A DNA stretch of 64,000 nt from positions 1,477,159-1,541,158 of the forward strand of contig NZ_KE384547.1 in the NCBI RefSeq assembly GCF_000426625.1, read 5' to 3'. Within the stretch, counting starts at the first letter, position 1. Every line of letters starts with the position of its first letter. Made by a program: the position numbers and the translations under genes. The DNA is from Psychrilyobacter atlanticus DSM 19335 (GTDB lineage Bacteria; Fusobacteriota; Fusobacteriia; Fusobacteriales; Fusobacteriaceae). Shown piece after piece: positions 10,330-19,021 of this stretch. The notes beneath the pieces were generated by a model. It did no database searches and was not told where the DNA came from. It was given only the letters and a program-made list of their open reading frames with translations.

Positions 10330-10380
10330 GCTTATAGATATTAGTCCCTGTAGCTTGTACTAGCGGGAGTAATTTCTATC
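10330..10380 (-). pseudogene. Degenerate duplicate of the 3' end of the SDR gene, including its stop codon
   Basis: The reverse complement reads ...CAAGCTACAGGG...ATATCTATAAGC...GAAAAGTAA. It aligns to SDR codons QATGRDIYK...EK* at 60435..60500 (about 29 of 33 core positions identical). One frameshift and a premature TAG are present. Confidence 0.45.
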
Positions 10381-10534
10381 TTTTCATACAGTTGTATAAT
10401 TATAAATATAGACTTTTATTTTCTATGCATAAAGTAATTATATAACACTAAACACTCCGTGTCCACTAAGGTTAAGTGGTAGATTTTATGTGATAAATTC
10501 GGAGCACACGTTAGAGCCTCTGTCTTTAAAAGTA

Positions 10535-10572
10535 AATAAAAAATCAGGCAAGAATGGCCTGATTTTTTATTA
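10535..10572. terminator. Bidirectional intrinsic terminator after the HD-GYP gene
   Basis: ATCAGGCaagaatgGCCTGAT hairpin flanked by an A6 run and a T6 run. Confidence 0.5.
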
Positions 10573-10726
10573 TATTTTTTTATCTCTACCCTAGTAGTAC
10601 ACTAATGGTTTTCCACCATGTGATCTACTAGAATTGAAATGAATTTCTAAATCTTTTTTACTTCAACCTATACTATACGATCTCTTTTCTTCTTGTACGT
10701 ATAATTATCTAATTATAAAAATTTAA

Positions 10727-12262
10727 TTACTCGTTTGAATCAGGGAATTCTAAATGAATTTCTTGGAATTTATGATTTAACTTTTTAAAAGCTTCTAATA
10801 CATGAGGGTCAAAATGTTCTGGCATAGTTCTACCATTTCCCTCTAAAATAATTTTCATAGTCTTCTCATGAGTAAATGCTTCTTTGTAATGCCTTTTACT
10901 CATCAAAGCATCATATACATCTGCCATTGCCATTAATCTTGCAGAAATTGGAATTTCCTCTCCGACTAAACCTCTAGGATATCCTAATCCATCCCATTTT
11001 TCATGGTGAGAATAAGCTATTTCTTTCGCAAAGCGTAAAAAAGAGTTAGTTCCCATAATTTTTTCTGCTTTTAATATAGCATCTCTTCCATAAGTTGTAT
11101 GTTTTTTCATCTCTTCAAATTCTTCTTTTGTTAATTTTCCTGGTTTCATTAAGATGTTGTCTGGGATTCCAACCTTACCAATGTCATGTAGCTGGGCTGA
11201 ATCGACAATTAATTCGATTGTTGCTTTATTTAGATGATTTGAAAACTTGGGATGATCTTTAAGATGCTCTGCCAAAACTCTTACATAGCTTTTTGTACGA
11301 TAAATATGCATACCAGTCTCATTGTCTCTGGTCTCAGCTAAAACAGCGAGACTTTTGATGGTAACTTCTTGAGTTAATTTTACTTCTTTTGTACGTTCAT
11401 CAACTTTTTGTTCTAAAATTTCATTTTGTTCTTCTAATTTATATTTAACCTCTTTTAGCTCCATATCTCTTATATTAATTTTTTTAATCATAGAGTTAAA
11501 ATTTTGAATTAAGTAACCAAATTCTTCATTGAGGTTATGAATAATTTCATGTTTATAATCACCATTAGAGACTTCATTTACTGCATTAGATAATTTAGTT
11601 ATCGGTAAAAATATTATATATACCAATAAAATTAATATCCCTAGAAGTAACAAAGTTCCGCTTATAATATATTTTTTAAGGAATAAATCATGATTTTTCA
11701 AAAGGACTCCCTCAAAAGAACTAGTATTTGCTTCTACAAAAACAACACCTATTATATCATTTTTATTTATTTGGCTGTAGGCGATTCCTTTAATGGGAGC
11801 TGCAGCTTCAAATTTCTTTTTTTTAAAATCTGAATGAAAATATTGTAATCTATTTTCTTTAATAACCTTTTTTACATGTTCATTTTTGAGTATTTTACCG
11901 ATTTCAGCTTTGTTGTTGGAAGAAAGAATCGTATCATGCAGGTCATAAACACGTATTATTTTTATAAAGGAATATGCTCCAATTTTTTCAACCATTCTCT
12001 GTACTGACTTGAGGTCCCCTTTATCTAAAAGGATTGAAATCCCAAAATCTGAACTAAATAATGTAGAGGAAATCTGATCTTTAACTTGTTTCTCAAAATA
12101 ATTACGAAAAAGGTTATCGGTCAAAGAAAAAGTAAAAATAATATTTACTGTTACTGCTACTATTATTCCAGCAGCAATTTTAAAATATAATTTTATAAAG
12201 GATTTATTCCATTGCCTAATCATCTTTATCGCCTGCCTCTTGAGCGACAGGGTCTGCATCAA
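10727..12262 (-). CDS. Membrane sensor HD-GYP phosphodiesterase (TM-HAMP-coiled coil-HD-GYP)
   Basis: HD motif HDIGKVGIP. HD-GYP signature HHEKWDGLGYP. Two TM segments flank a periplasmic domain and a HAMP-like linker. Overlaps the upstream SBP gene. Confidence 0.7.
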   Translation of the reverse strand: MMQTLSLKRQAIKMIRQWNKSFIKLYFKIAAGIIVAVTVNIIFTFSLTDNLFRNYFEKQVKDQISSTLFSSDFGISILLDKGDLKSVQRMVEKIGAYSFIKIIRVYDLHDTILSSNNKAEIGKILKNEHVKKVIKENRLQYFHSDFKKKKFEAAAPIKGIAYSQINKNDIIGVVFVEANTSSFEGVLLKNHDLFLKKYIISGTLLLLGILILLVYIIFLPITKLSNAVNEVSNGDYKHEIIHNLNEEFGYLIQNFNSMIKKINIRDMELKEVKYKLEEQNEILEQKVDERTKEVKLTQEVTIKSLAVLAETRDNETGMHIYRTKSYVRVLAEHLKDHPKFSNHLNKATIELIVDSAQLHDIGKVGIPDNILMKPGKLTKEEFEEMKKHTTYGRDAILKAEKIMGTNSFLRFAKEIAYSHHEKWDGLGYPRGLVGEEIPISARLMAMADVYDALMSKRHYKEAFTHEKTMKIILEGNGRTMPEHFDPHVLEAFKKLNHKFQEIHLEFPDSNE

Positions 12263-13211
12263 AGAGGTTATTTATCTCAACATCCTTTGATATTAAATTA
12301 TTTTCTACAAGAAACATTTCAATATTTTTTAATTCATCCTTGAAGTCTTCTGAAGAAAAAATATTTTTATTTTCTTCCAAAGTAAAAAATTTAAAATCCT
12401 CATAAAAATTTTTAAATTCATCATAGGTCATCCCTTCTTTGGAAGCCATCAATTCATAAGCCTCTTGGGGGTTATTTTTTACAAATTTCTGTGCCCTATA
12501 CCAGGCTCGGATAATATTGGCATAGTCTTTTTTTCGTTTTTCCAAACTCTCGTTCCTAGCTACTAAAGCATCAATATAATTTAAGGTCTCGTCAGTAGCA
12601 GCTATTATTTTACCATGGCCTTTATCAGCTGCATTGCTTAAATAAGGCTCATAAATAAAGCATGCATCCACCTCTTCAGAGATAAATTTCTCCATTCCTT
12701 CCTCTGAACCTACAGATATTATTGTTATATCATTTTCTTTTAATCCCTCTCTTTTTAGAACTTTATATAGTAAAAAATGATCATCGGTTCCTATTTCTAC
12801 TGCCACTTTTTTGCCTTTTAAATCTTTTACACTTTTGATATAGTCTTTAACTACTAACCCATCTGCTCCATTAATTGTATCTGAAGAAAGTATTATTCTT
12901 GCGGATTCTCCTCTAGAATCATAGTATACAGTATTAAAATATGATGAATGCACTAAGTCAACTTTTCCAATATAAAGAGAGTCCATACTATCCGACCATC
13001 TAGAAAATCTGACAATTTCTACAGGTGTATCACCAAAATAACCTTTTTCTTCAGCAATATACCATAATTCGCAAGGAGGCCAACTGTCTATACCTATTTT
13101 AATGGGCTCTTTATAGGATTCACATGCTGTAAACAAAATTAAGATCACTGTTAAACATAAATTAATAATTCTATTTTTTTTAACTCTCATACTTTCCTCC
13201 TTTGTAATCAA
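12216..13211 (-). CDS. Periplasmic substrate-binding lipoprotein (NMT1/SsuA/TauA-like ABC-type SBP fold), translationally coupled to HD-GYP
   Basis: Signal peptide with lipobox (LFTAC). Type 2 periplasmic-binding-protein-like sequence. The likely true start is the internal Met (MRVKK...). 3' end overlaps 10727..12262 by up to 47 nt. Confidence 0.5.
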   Translation of the reverse strand: MITKEESMRVKKNRIINLCLTVILILFTACESYKEPIKIGIDSWPPCELWYIAEEKGYFGDTPVEIVRFSRWSDSMDSLYIGKVDLVHSSYFNTVYYDSRGESARIILSSDTINGADGLVVKDYIKSVKDLKGKKVAVEIGTDDHFLLYKVLKREGLKENDITIISVGSEEGMEKFISEEVDACFIYEPYLSNAADKGHGKIIAATDETLNYIDALVARNESLEKRKKDYANIIRAWYRAQKFVKNNPQEAYELMASKEGMTYDEFKNFYEDFKFFTLEENKNIFSSEDFKDELKNIEMFLVENNLISKDVEINNLFDADPVAQEAGDKDD

Positions 13212-13292
13212 ATAATGATCTAAGATAAAATAATAAATAATTATTATGGAACTTTCAAATCATTTTATATGACTAAAAAACTATCCAATTTA

Positions 13293-14201
13293 TTATAGTC
13301 TATTCATTAGAGTTATTTGGTTTTTACCATTTTTTTTAGATTCATACATAATTTTATCAGCTCTATCTATCAATTTTTTATGATTTTCAAATTTTCTATA
13401 TGTAGTGATTCCAATGCTCAAGCTTAATTTTATTTCACTTTCTTTTACTGATGACATAGAAGCATTTTGTTTAAGCCTTTCAGTTATTTTTAGCGCTGTC
13501 TTTACTTTTGTATTAGGGTAAATAATTAAAAATTCATCTCCACCATATCTGAAAGCATAGTCAGACTCCCTTATAGAATTATTTATTTGTTCACCCAAGT
13601 TTTTTAATGTCATATCTCCTTTTATATGACCATAAGTATCATTAATAGTTTTAAAATTATCTATATCAATAAACGCCACTGATATATCTGAGTATATTTC
13701 ACTCAATTCATTTAGTATATTATCTAGACGTTCTTCTAGATGGTATCGGTTATATAGTCCTGTTAGGGAATCTTTTATACTTTTATCATATATGACTTTA
13801 TTTTCTTCTGACAGGGTGTTCTTAATTTTCTTTTCGTTCATAAAACGCCAAATAATAGCAATTGATATAGTAATCAATCCAGTTGGTATTAAAATATTTT
13901 CTATTCTAGATAAAGGACCTTCTAGGATATAAATCTTATCCATTACATCTTGTAAATTTCCTAAATAAAACAAAATGAATCCACTGGTCATTAAATAATA
14001 GTTATTCTTATTTTTAAAATCAACTTTTCCAAAATATATCCATATTAGAGGTTGAATACATATCAAAATCTCACTTAAAATATCCGACAATTCTGTGTTT
14101 TCTATTTTTTTAAATGACATATCAAAGTAGATTAATATTATAGTTATTATCACTAAAATTAAGTAAGGTATAGTTTTCTTAACCCGTTTAAATTTTTTCA
14201 T
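13293..14201 (-). CDS. Membrane-anchored diguanylate cyclase (GGDEF)
   Basis: Four predicted TM helices. DSLTGLYNR...RYGGDEF active-site motif. Confidence 0.7.
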   Translation of the reverse strand: MKKFKRVKKTIPYLILVIITIILIYFDMSFKKIENTELSDILSEILICIQPLIWIYFGKVDFKNKNNYYLMTSGFILFYLGNLQDVMDKIYILEGPLSRIENILIPTGLITISIAIIWRFMNEKKIKNTLSEENKVIYDKSIKDSLTGLYNRYHLEERLDNILNELSEIYSDISVAFIDIDNFKTINDTYGHIKGDMTLKNLGEQINNSIRESDYAFRYGGDEFLIIYPNTKVKTALKITERLKQNASMSSVKESEIKLSLSIGITTYRKFENHKKLIDRADKIMYESKKNGKNQITLMNRL

Positions 14202-14295
14202 ATTACTTACTCCTTTTATTCTCTAGATTATTAGATTAAATGCAATTTAATACTTAGCTCTTCTAAAAGTTTTCTTGGGTAGTTTTCTAATTTAA

Positions 14296-14480
14296 ATATT
14301 TACTGTTCTTGCACTTTAAACTTTGTTATCAGTATTACCTCTTCAACACTCATTTTAAGTATTTTCACATCACGTTTATACTATAAATTAATAAAAAATT
14401 AATTTTATTTATTATTCTTTTATACCTTTTTCTCTTTTATTTCCTTTTTTATAAAAAAAGGTTTAACCCTCTCTAAAGTT
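14296..14480. repeat. Repeat E1, a decayed copy of the holin-terminator plus zinc-ribbon-gene 5' region (E2 at 17685..17906)
   Basis: About 80-85% identity to E2 over more than 170 bp, including an exact 16-mer TTCTTGCACTTTAAAC. Encodes a 17-codon pseudo-ORF MSVEEVILITKFKVQEQ*, homologous to the start of 17585..17732 (MEKKEVICLKCKKK...). The terminator stem lacks 5 nt relative to E2. Confidence 0.55.
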
Positions 14481-14819
14481 ACTTTCTTATTGAATTAGTT
14501 TCCTAAAAAATAACTTTGTTCTATGATTCCATGGATTTACTTTTAACTCTATCCTTTTCCTTTGATTTAAAATCTTTCAAACCCACCGATACCTTATATT
14601 TATCTAGCTCATTATAAAGCTTATCATTAGAGTTCAATTAATCACGGACAAAATTCTAAGAAAATCGAAAACAAATCAATAAATAATACTAAATAAAAGG
14701 ACAGTAAATTTATACTGTCCTTCAAAGGTTTATTTTATTGATGTCAATTATGAAAGTTACGAAAAAATTATTTTGTAACTTTCTTGTAATATGTTGAATG
14801 AACTTAAAAAATATTCCGT

Positions 14820-15998
14820 TTATAAAACTTCCCATTGGAAATTTTCATTCTCAAAAAGTTCCACGCAAAAATCTACTATTTCAGGATCGTAATATTTCCC
14901 TCTGCCTAGTTTTATCTCATCCAAAGCTGCTTTTATTCCTAAGGCAGGCCTATAAGGTCTATGGGAACTAATTGCTTCTACCACATCTGAGACTGCGATT
15001 ATCTTTGCCTCTATAATAATTTCTTCTTTCATCAACCCGTTGGGGTAACCAGAACCGTCTAATCTCTCGTGATGTTGGATTATCATCTTTTTTATATCCC
15101 ATGGAAAGTCGATACCACTTATTATCTCTTGCCCTATTTCTGAGTGAAGTTTGATCAAATCAAATTCAGGTTTAGTGATCTCCCCAGGCCTATTTAGTAT
15201 CTCTCCAGGCACATAGATCTTCCCTATATCATGGATCAAAGCCCCAAGACGTAGCCCCTCTATACGCTCCTCACTCAACCCAAGTTTCTTAGCAATAGCA
15301 ACTGCTAGCTTTGTCACTCTTTTCTGATGCCCTGCAGTATAAGGATCTCTTTTTTCTATGGCAAGTACAAAAGCATCTATTGTTTTCAACAGAATTTCAT
15401 AGTGAGCTTTCTGAGCTTGTTCCCTTTCTTTTTTAAGTCTTAAGACATAAATTCCTTGGGCAATATTTTTAGTGAGCCTATGAAAAAGCTCCACCTCCTC
15501 ATTTTTGAAGGCGTCTTTACTATTTGAATATACATTTAATGCTCCTATTATATCCCCTTCGGATTCAATAGGTAATGCAATACTTGACCTATAGCCGAAT
15601 TCCTTAGCTTTTTCTCTCCAAGGCAAATAATCCGTACCTTTCATGATATCTTTCATCAAATATTCCCTACATTCACGGATGGCCCTTCCTGTTGGGCCCT
15701 GACCGTAGACATTATCGCCCCAACTTATATTTATGGAGGATAAATACCCTTTTTTAAAACCCGCTTCTGCAACTGGTATGACCTTTTTCTCGGAATCGTT
15801 GCCAATAGAACCTATCCAGGCTAACTTATATGGACCTTCGTCAACTAGAATTTTGCAAATTTTTGTATATATCTCCATCTCATCTTTTGCAGCTACAATT
15901 ATATCTTGACACTTTATAACGGTAGAATATGCATTTCTCATTCTTTGAAAAGATATCTCTAAATTTTCAACCTTAAAATCACTAGACTGATTCTTCAT
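14820..15998 (-). CDS. Cytoplasmic GAF-domain HD-GYP phosphodiesterase
   Basis: N-terminal GAF-like region. HD motif LIHDIGKIYVP. HD-GYP signature HHERLDGSGYP. Confidence 0.7.
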   Translation of the reverse strand: MKNQSSDFKVENLEISFQRMRNAYSTVIKCQDIIVAAKDEMEIYTKICKILVDEGPYKLAWIGSIGNDSEKKVIPVAEAGFKKGYLSSINISWGDNVYGQGPTGRAIRECREYLMKDIMKGTDYLPWREKAKEFGYRSSIALPIESEGDIIGALNVYSNSKDAFKNEEVELFHRLTKNIAQGIYVLRLKKEREQAQKAHYEILLKTIDAFVLAIEKRDPYTAGHQKRVTKLAVAIAKKLGLSEERIEGLRLGALIHDIGKIYVPGEILNRPGEITKPEFDLIKLHSEIGQEIISGIDFPWDIKKMIIQHHERLDGSGYPNGLMKEEIIIEAKIIAVSDVVEAISSHRPYRPALGIKAALDEIKLGRGKYYDPEIVDFCVELFENENFQWEVL

Positions 15999-16348
15999 AT
16001 AGCACCTCTTCTTTTTACTTTATTCAATTTTAACTTTAATTTTTAGGTAAGTCAATTTTTTAAATAAAATATGAAAAGGGAGTAAATCAACAAATAATTT
16101 ATTGTACATTTATTTAGTATTATTTCGATTTTTATTTGTAACTATATTATTTTACTGAGCTATAGCTTGTCCGAGATAATTAAAACACTTCAATTTTTTT
16201 CAACATCAGTAATTTCAACAAAATATATGCTATATAACCGTTATTATATTTATTTCGATTACTTCATGTAATATTTAATTATTTATTTCATTAAAATATA
16301 TATGAAATAATTTTAAAATAAAAAAGACTCTCAAAAAGAGCCTTGATT

Positions 16349-16780
16349 TTATTTAATTAACGTTCCATCTTTTGATATTTTATTAGTTTTTGTATCATCT
16401 GCCATAGTAATTGAATTTTTACGCCACCACGTTTCTTGTTTTTGTAGACCTCTTTGATATGTCCCAATCATATATTTGTAGTAATCTGTAGCCCCTTCTA
16501 AATACATCCCAACATCATAGTTTGTAATAGTACTATTTTGAGGTGTCATGTTTTCATTATTAAAAAAATGAACTAATGTATTTCCTCTTTCTGTATACAT
16601 TTTTTTTCTAGCATATTCAATCATTTCTTTTGTACTTTTAGAATTAGTATAGACTGTGAAACTCCTACTAACACTAGGAAGCCCTTGTTTTGTTTTAAAA
16701 TATCCAACATCTTTAAAAATAGACTTACTAAAACTAACACAACTTACTACCAACATCAATATAACTATTATTTTTTTCAT
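16349..16780 (-). CDS. Hypothetical lipoprotein
   Basis: Signal peptide with lipobox (VVSC). No domain recognised. Confidence 0.4.
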   Translation of the reverse strand: MKKIIVILMLVVSCVSFSKSIFKDVGYFKTKQGLPSVSRSFTVYTNSKSTKEMIEYARKKMYTERGNTLVHFFNNENMTPQNSTITNYDVGMYLEGATDYYKYMIGTYQRGLQKQETWWRKNSITMADDTKTNKISKDGTLIK

Positions 16781-17023
16781 TTTTTCCTCCTTTAAATTGT
16801 ATTATTTACTTAATCTTAAGTAAATAATACATCAAAATTCAGATTTTTTATATTTATTTTTAATTAATATTATATTTAAATTTCTAAGAAGTCAATTTTA
16901 TTAAATTTAATAAAAAGCATATTAGTTTTATCGCTCGTTAAAAGTATCATATTAAGTGATCATACTATTTTATGTGTTCTTTTACGTATTTTGACACAGT
17001 TTATAGAATAGTTAAAAATGACA

Positions 17024-17227
17024 TTATTTTCTCTTTATTTCTATACTGTATGAAACTCTAACTTTACCATTTAGATGAAAATTTTTAATGTATTCTAATG
17101 CTGAGATGGTTCCAACTTTTTTATTGTCTAAGTAATAAGTTATTTTATAATTATCTAAAAAAGAATAATTACCAGTTAAATATTGTGTTATCAAATCTAA
17201 AAATAATTGTGATTTTTTTTCATCCAT
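17024..17227 (-). CDS. Hypothetical small protein
   Basis: 67-aa ORF in an AT-rich moron-like region. No domain. Confidence 0.2.
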   Translation of the reverse strand: MDEKKSQLFLDLITQYLTGNYSFLDNYKITYYLDNKKVGTISALEYIKNFHLNGKVRVSYSIEIKRK

Positions 17228-17344
17228 TCCATCTTCCTCTCTTATTAATTGTCTTTTACTATTTATACTACTATGTTCTAATTATTTCAATATAAATTTA
17301 AAAAGAATAAAAAAAGGAATATTTAAAATATCCCTTTTATTTTT

Positions 17345-17578
17345 CTATATATTTTCCTCATTACAAATTTTACATGGAGTATACCCTTCTTTAATAGCTA
17401 CTTTTAAAGCTATAGGTTCTAAGTTTTCAGAATATGGACATTTCTCTTGATGATATTTTTTAGTTTTCTTATTTATAAAAACAAAATTTATTAATTCTTT
17501 TTCTTCCCTTTTTATAATCAAAAAAATGATTCCAATTAAAATTATAACTAAGATTATTTTTACCATATTCCCCTCCAA
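17345..17578 (-). CDS. Small bitopic membrane protein with a C-terminal Cys pair motif
   Basis: N-terminal TM helix (IILVIILIGIIFLII). C-terminal CPYSEN...CKIC. Confidence 0.3.
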   Translation of the reverse strand: MEGNMVKIILVIILIGIIFLIIKREEKELINFVFINKKTKKYHQEKCPYSENLEPIALKVAIKEGYTPCKICNEENI

Positions 17579-17584
17579 TTTTCA

Positions 17585-17732
17585 TTTAAGTAGTCCCACT
17601 TACGCCTCTTCCAAATTTCTGAATACTTTTTTTACACTTACTACATATCCTTCTATACGGGATTCCCTTTGAATCAATTTCAGTAATAAATTTTTTCTTG
17701 CACTTTAAACAAATAACTTCTTTTTTTTCCAT
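17585..17732 (-). CDS. Small zinc-ribbon protein (49 aa, CxxC...CxxC)
   Basis: ATG at 17732..17730 with RBS AGGTGA. The product is MEKKEVICLKCKKKFITEIDSKGIPYRRICSKCKKS.... Below the ORF-track length cut-off. Confidence 0.3.
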
Positions 17733-17906
17733 TAGTATCACCTCTTCGACATTTATGTTATTTTAAGTATTAATGTATCACATTTTTGCTATAAAATTTA
17801 AAAATTAATTTAAATTTAAGATCTATTTGTTATTTTTTTATACTTTCTTTCTTTTTATTTCCTTTTTTTATAAAAAAAGAAGAGGTTTAATCCTCTCCTA
17901 AAAATC
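17685..17906. repeat. Repeat E2: holin terminator plus promoter/RBS plus start of the zinc-ribbon gene. Intact copy of E1.
   Basis: Minus-strand terminator AGAGGattaaaCCTCT followed by a T-run immediately after the holin stop. Homologous to 14296..14480. Confidence 0.5.
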
Positions 17907-18368
17907 TCACTTTTTATTAATTTCGGAACTCCCGAAATAGAAACCTATTATTAGCATGGTGATGTTAGTAATAGACCCAACTACCATGCTATTCATCTGT
18001 TTGTCACTACCTACTTCTCCTTTTAGGCTTATCCAGTATAAATAAATACAAAATGATACCCATACAAGTGCTATCAAGGCACTGATGTTCTTTTGAAGCC
18101 AAGATGAGTTATTAGAATTATTTATTTTAAAATTCATATCTCTGGCATTTTTCTTGTCATCTAAGATAAATTTTATATATTCATTTTCCTTTTCTTTTAA
18201 TTTTAAAACCAGCTGAGGATCTCCCTGTAGGGCTTCTAGGATCCCATTTGCTGTGTTAGAGCCTGTAAGTCCTGTAAGAGTTGTTAATGCTCCTACAGGG
18301 TTTCCAATGACTGCCTGGGCTAGTGCCGGAAGTCCTTTATCTTTGAAAAAATTTATAATTTTATTCAT
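17907..18368 (-). CDS. Putative holin
   Basis: 153 aa. C-terminal hydrophobic segments (ISALIALVWVSFCIYLYWI and MLIIGFYF). Sits immediately downstream of the endolysin. Confidence 0.45.
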   Translation of the reverse strand: MNKIINFFKDKGLPALAQAVIGNPVGALTTLTGLTGSNTANGILEALQGDPQLVLKLKEKENEYIKFILDDKKNARDMNFKINNSNNSSWLQKNISALIALVWVSFCIYLYWISLKGEVGSDKQMNSMVVGSITNITMLIIGFYFGSSEINKK

Positions 18369-18376
18369 GTTACCTC

Positions 18377-18751
18377 CTAATCCAACTGGAAATGTGGATA
18401 GTCTTTAAAAGTCTTCCAATCCCCGCCATAACTATTTTTTATACCCAGATAATCAGCACAAACTTTCAATTCCTCACCAACCTTTTTAAAACTTTCTATG
18501 TCGTTCCACCCATTAAATGGATACGGAATAAAATCTATAGCTTTCCCTATTTGATGTTTAGATTTTTTATTGACTCCATCCAATTTACTAAATCCATTTT
18601 TAAATGCTTTTTGCTGGTCCTCTAAGCTCCTTAAGCCACACGTAATAGTCAGGTCTACCTTCCCTCTGGCTAATACCATTCCAACTATTAGAGGTAGTCT
18701 AGGATCTATTTCTTGGATATTTTTGATGCTTCTATTCGATATTTTATTCAT
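18377..18751 (-). CDS. Endolysin, M15-family zinc peptidase (L-alanyl-D-glutamate / D-Ala-D-Ala peptidase fold)
   Basis: SxHxxGxAxD motif (SKHQIGKAIDF) and a distal D...H (DYPHFQLD). 124 aa. Confidence 0.65.
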   Translation of the reverse strand: MNKISNRSIKNIQEIDPRLPLIVGMVLARGKVDLTITCGLRSLEDQQKAFKNGFSKLDGVNKKSKHQIGKAIDFIPYPFNGWNDIESFKKVGEELKVCADYLGIKNSYGGDWKTFKDYPHFQLD

Positions 18752-18754
18752 TTT

Positions 18755-19009
18755 TCACCTCCTGTCTTTTAATAGATCAATAGCTATCTTTATATGTTCT
18801 AAAAGGCTTTTATGATCTTCTTGATGATTTTTAATATATGTTTTAAAGTCACTCTTATCTACCTTCTTGTCATCCAGGAATCTTTCCATGGTTTTAATCT
18901 CTATTTTAATTTTCCCTTGTTCCCTCCAGAGATATAAACTAAATAAGATAATGATGACAATCAACCCTTTTAATGGGTCATCTAGAATTAAATTAAATAA
19001 TGGTATCAT
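18755..19009 (-). CDS. Small membrane protein (possible second holin or antiholin)
   Basis: 84 aa with one TM helix (GLIVIIILFSLYLW). Position upstream of the endolysin. Confidence 0.3.
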   Translation of the reverse strand: MIPLFNLILDDPLKGLIVIIILFSLYLWREQGKIKIEIKTMERFLDDKKVDKSDFKTYIKNHQEDHKSLLEHIKIAIDLLKDRR

Positions 19010-19021
19010 TCCGCCTCCTAT

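Noticed and set aside
10300-10560. Possible c-di-GMP riboswitch or other structured ncRNA in the GC-elevated gap upstream of the HD-GYP module.
   Set aside because: No GEMM-I/II consensus could be matched by eye. The structured segments are explained by a bidirectional terminator (10543..10563) and by the fossil SDR 3' end plus its hairpin.
17345-17578. i-spanin/o-spanin pair after the holin.
   Set aside because: The TM protein has no coiled-coil periplasmic domain. The neighbouring ORF lacks a lipobox, so no o-spanin partner is evident.
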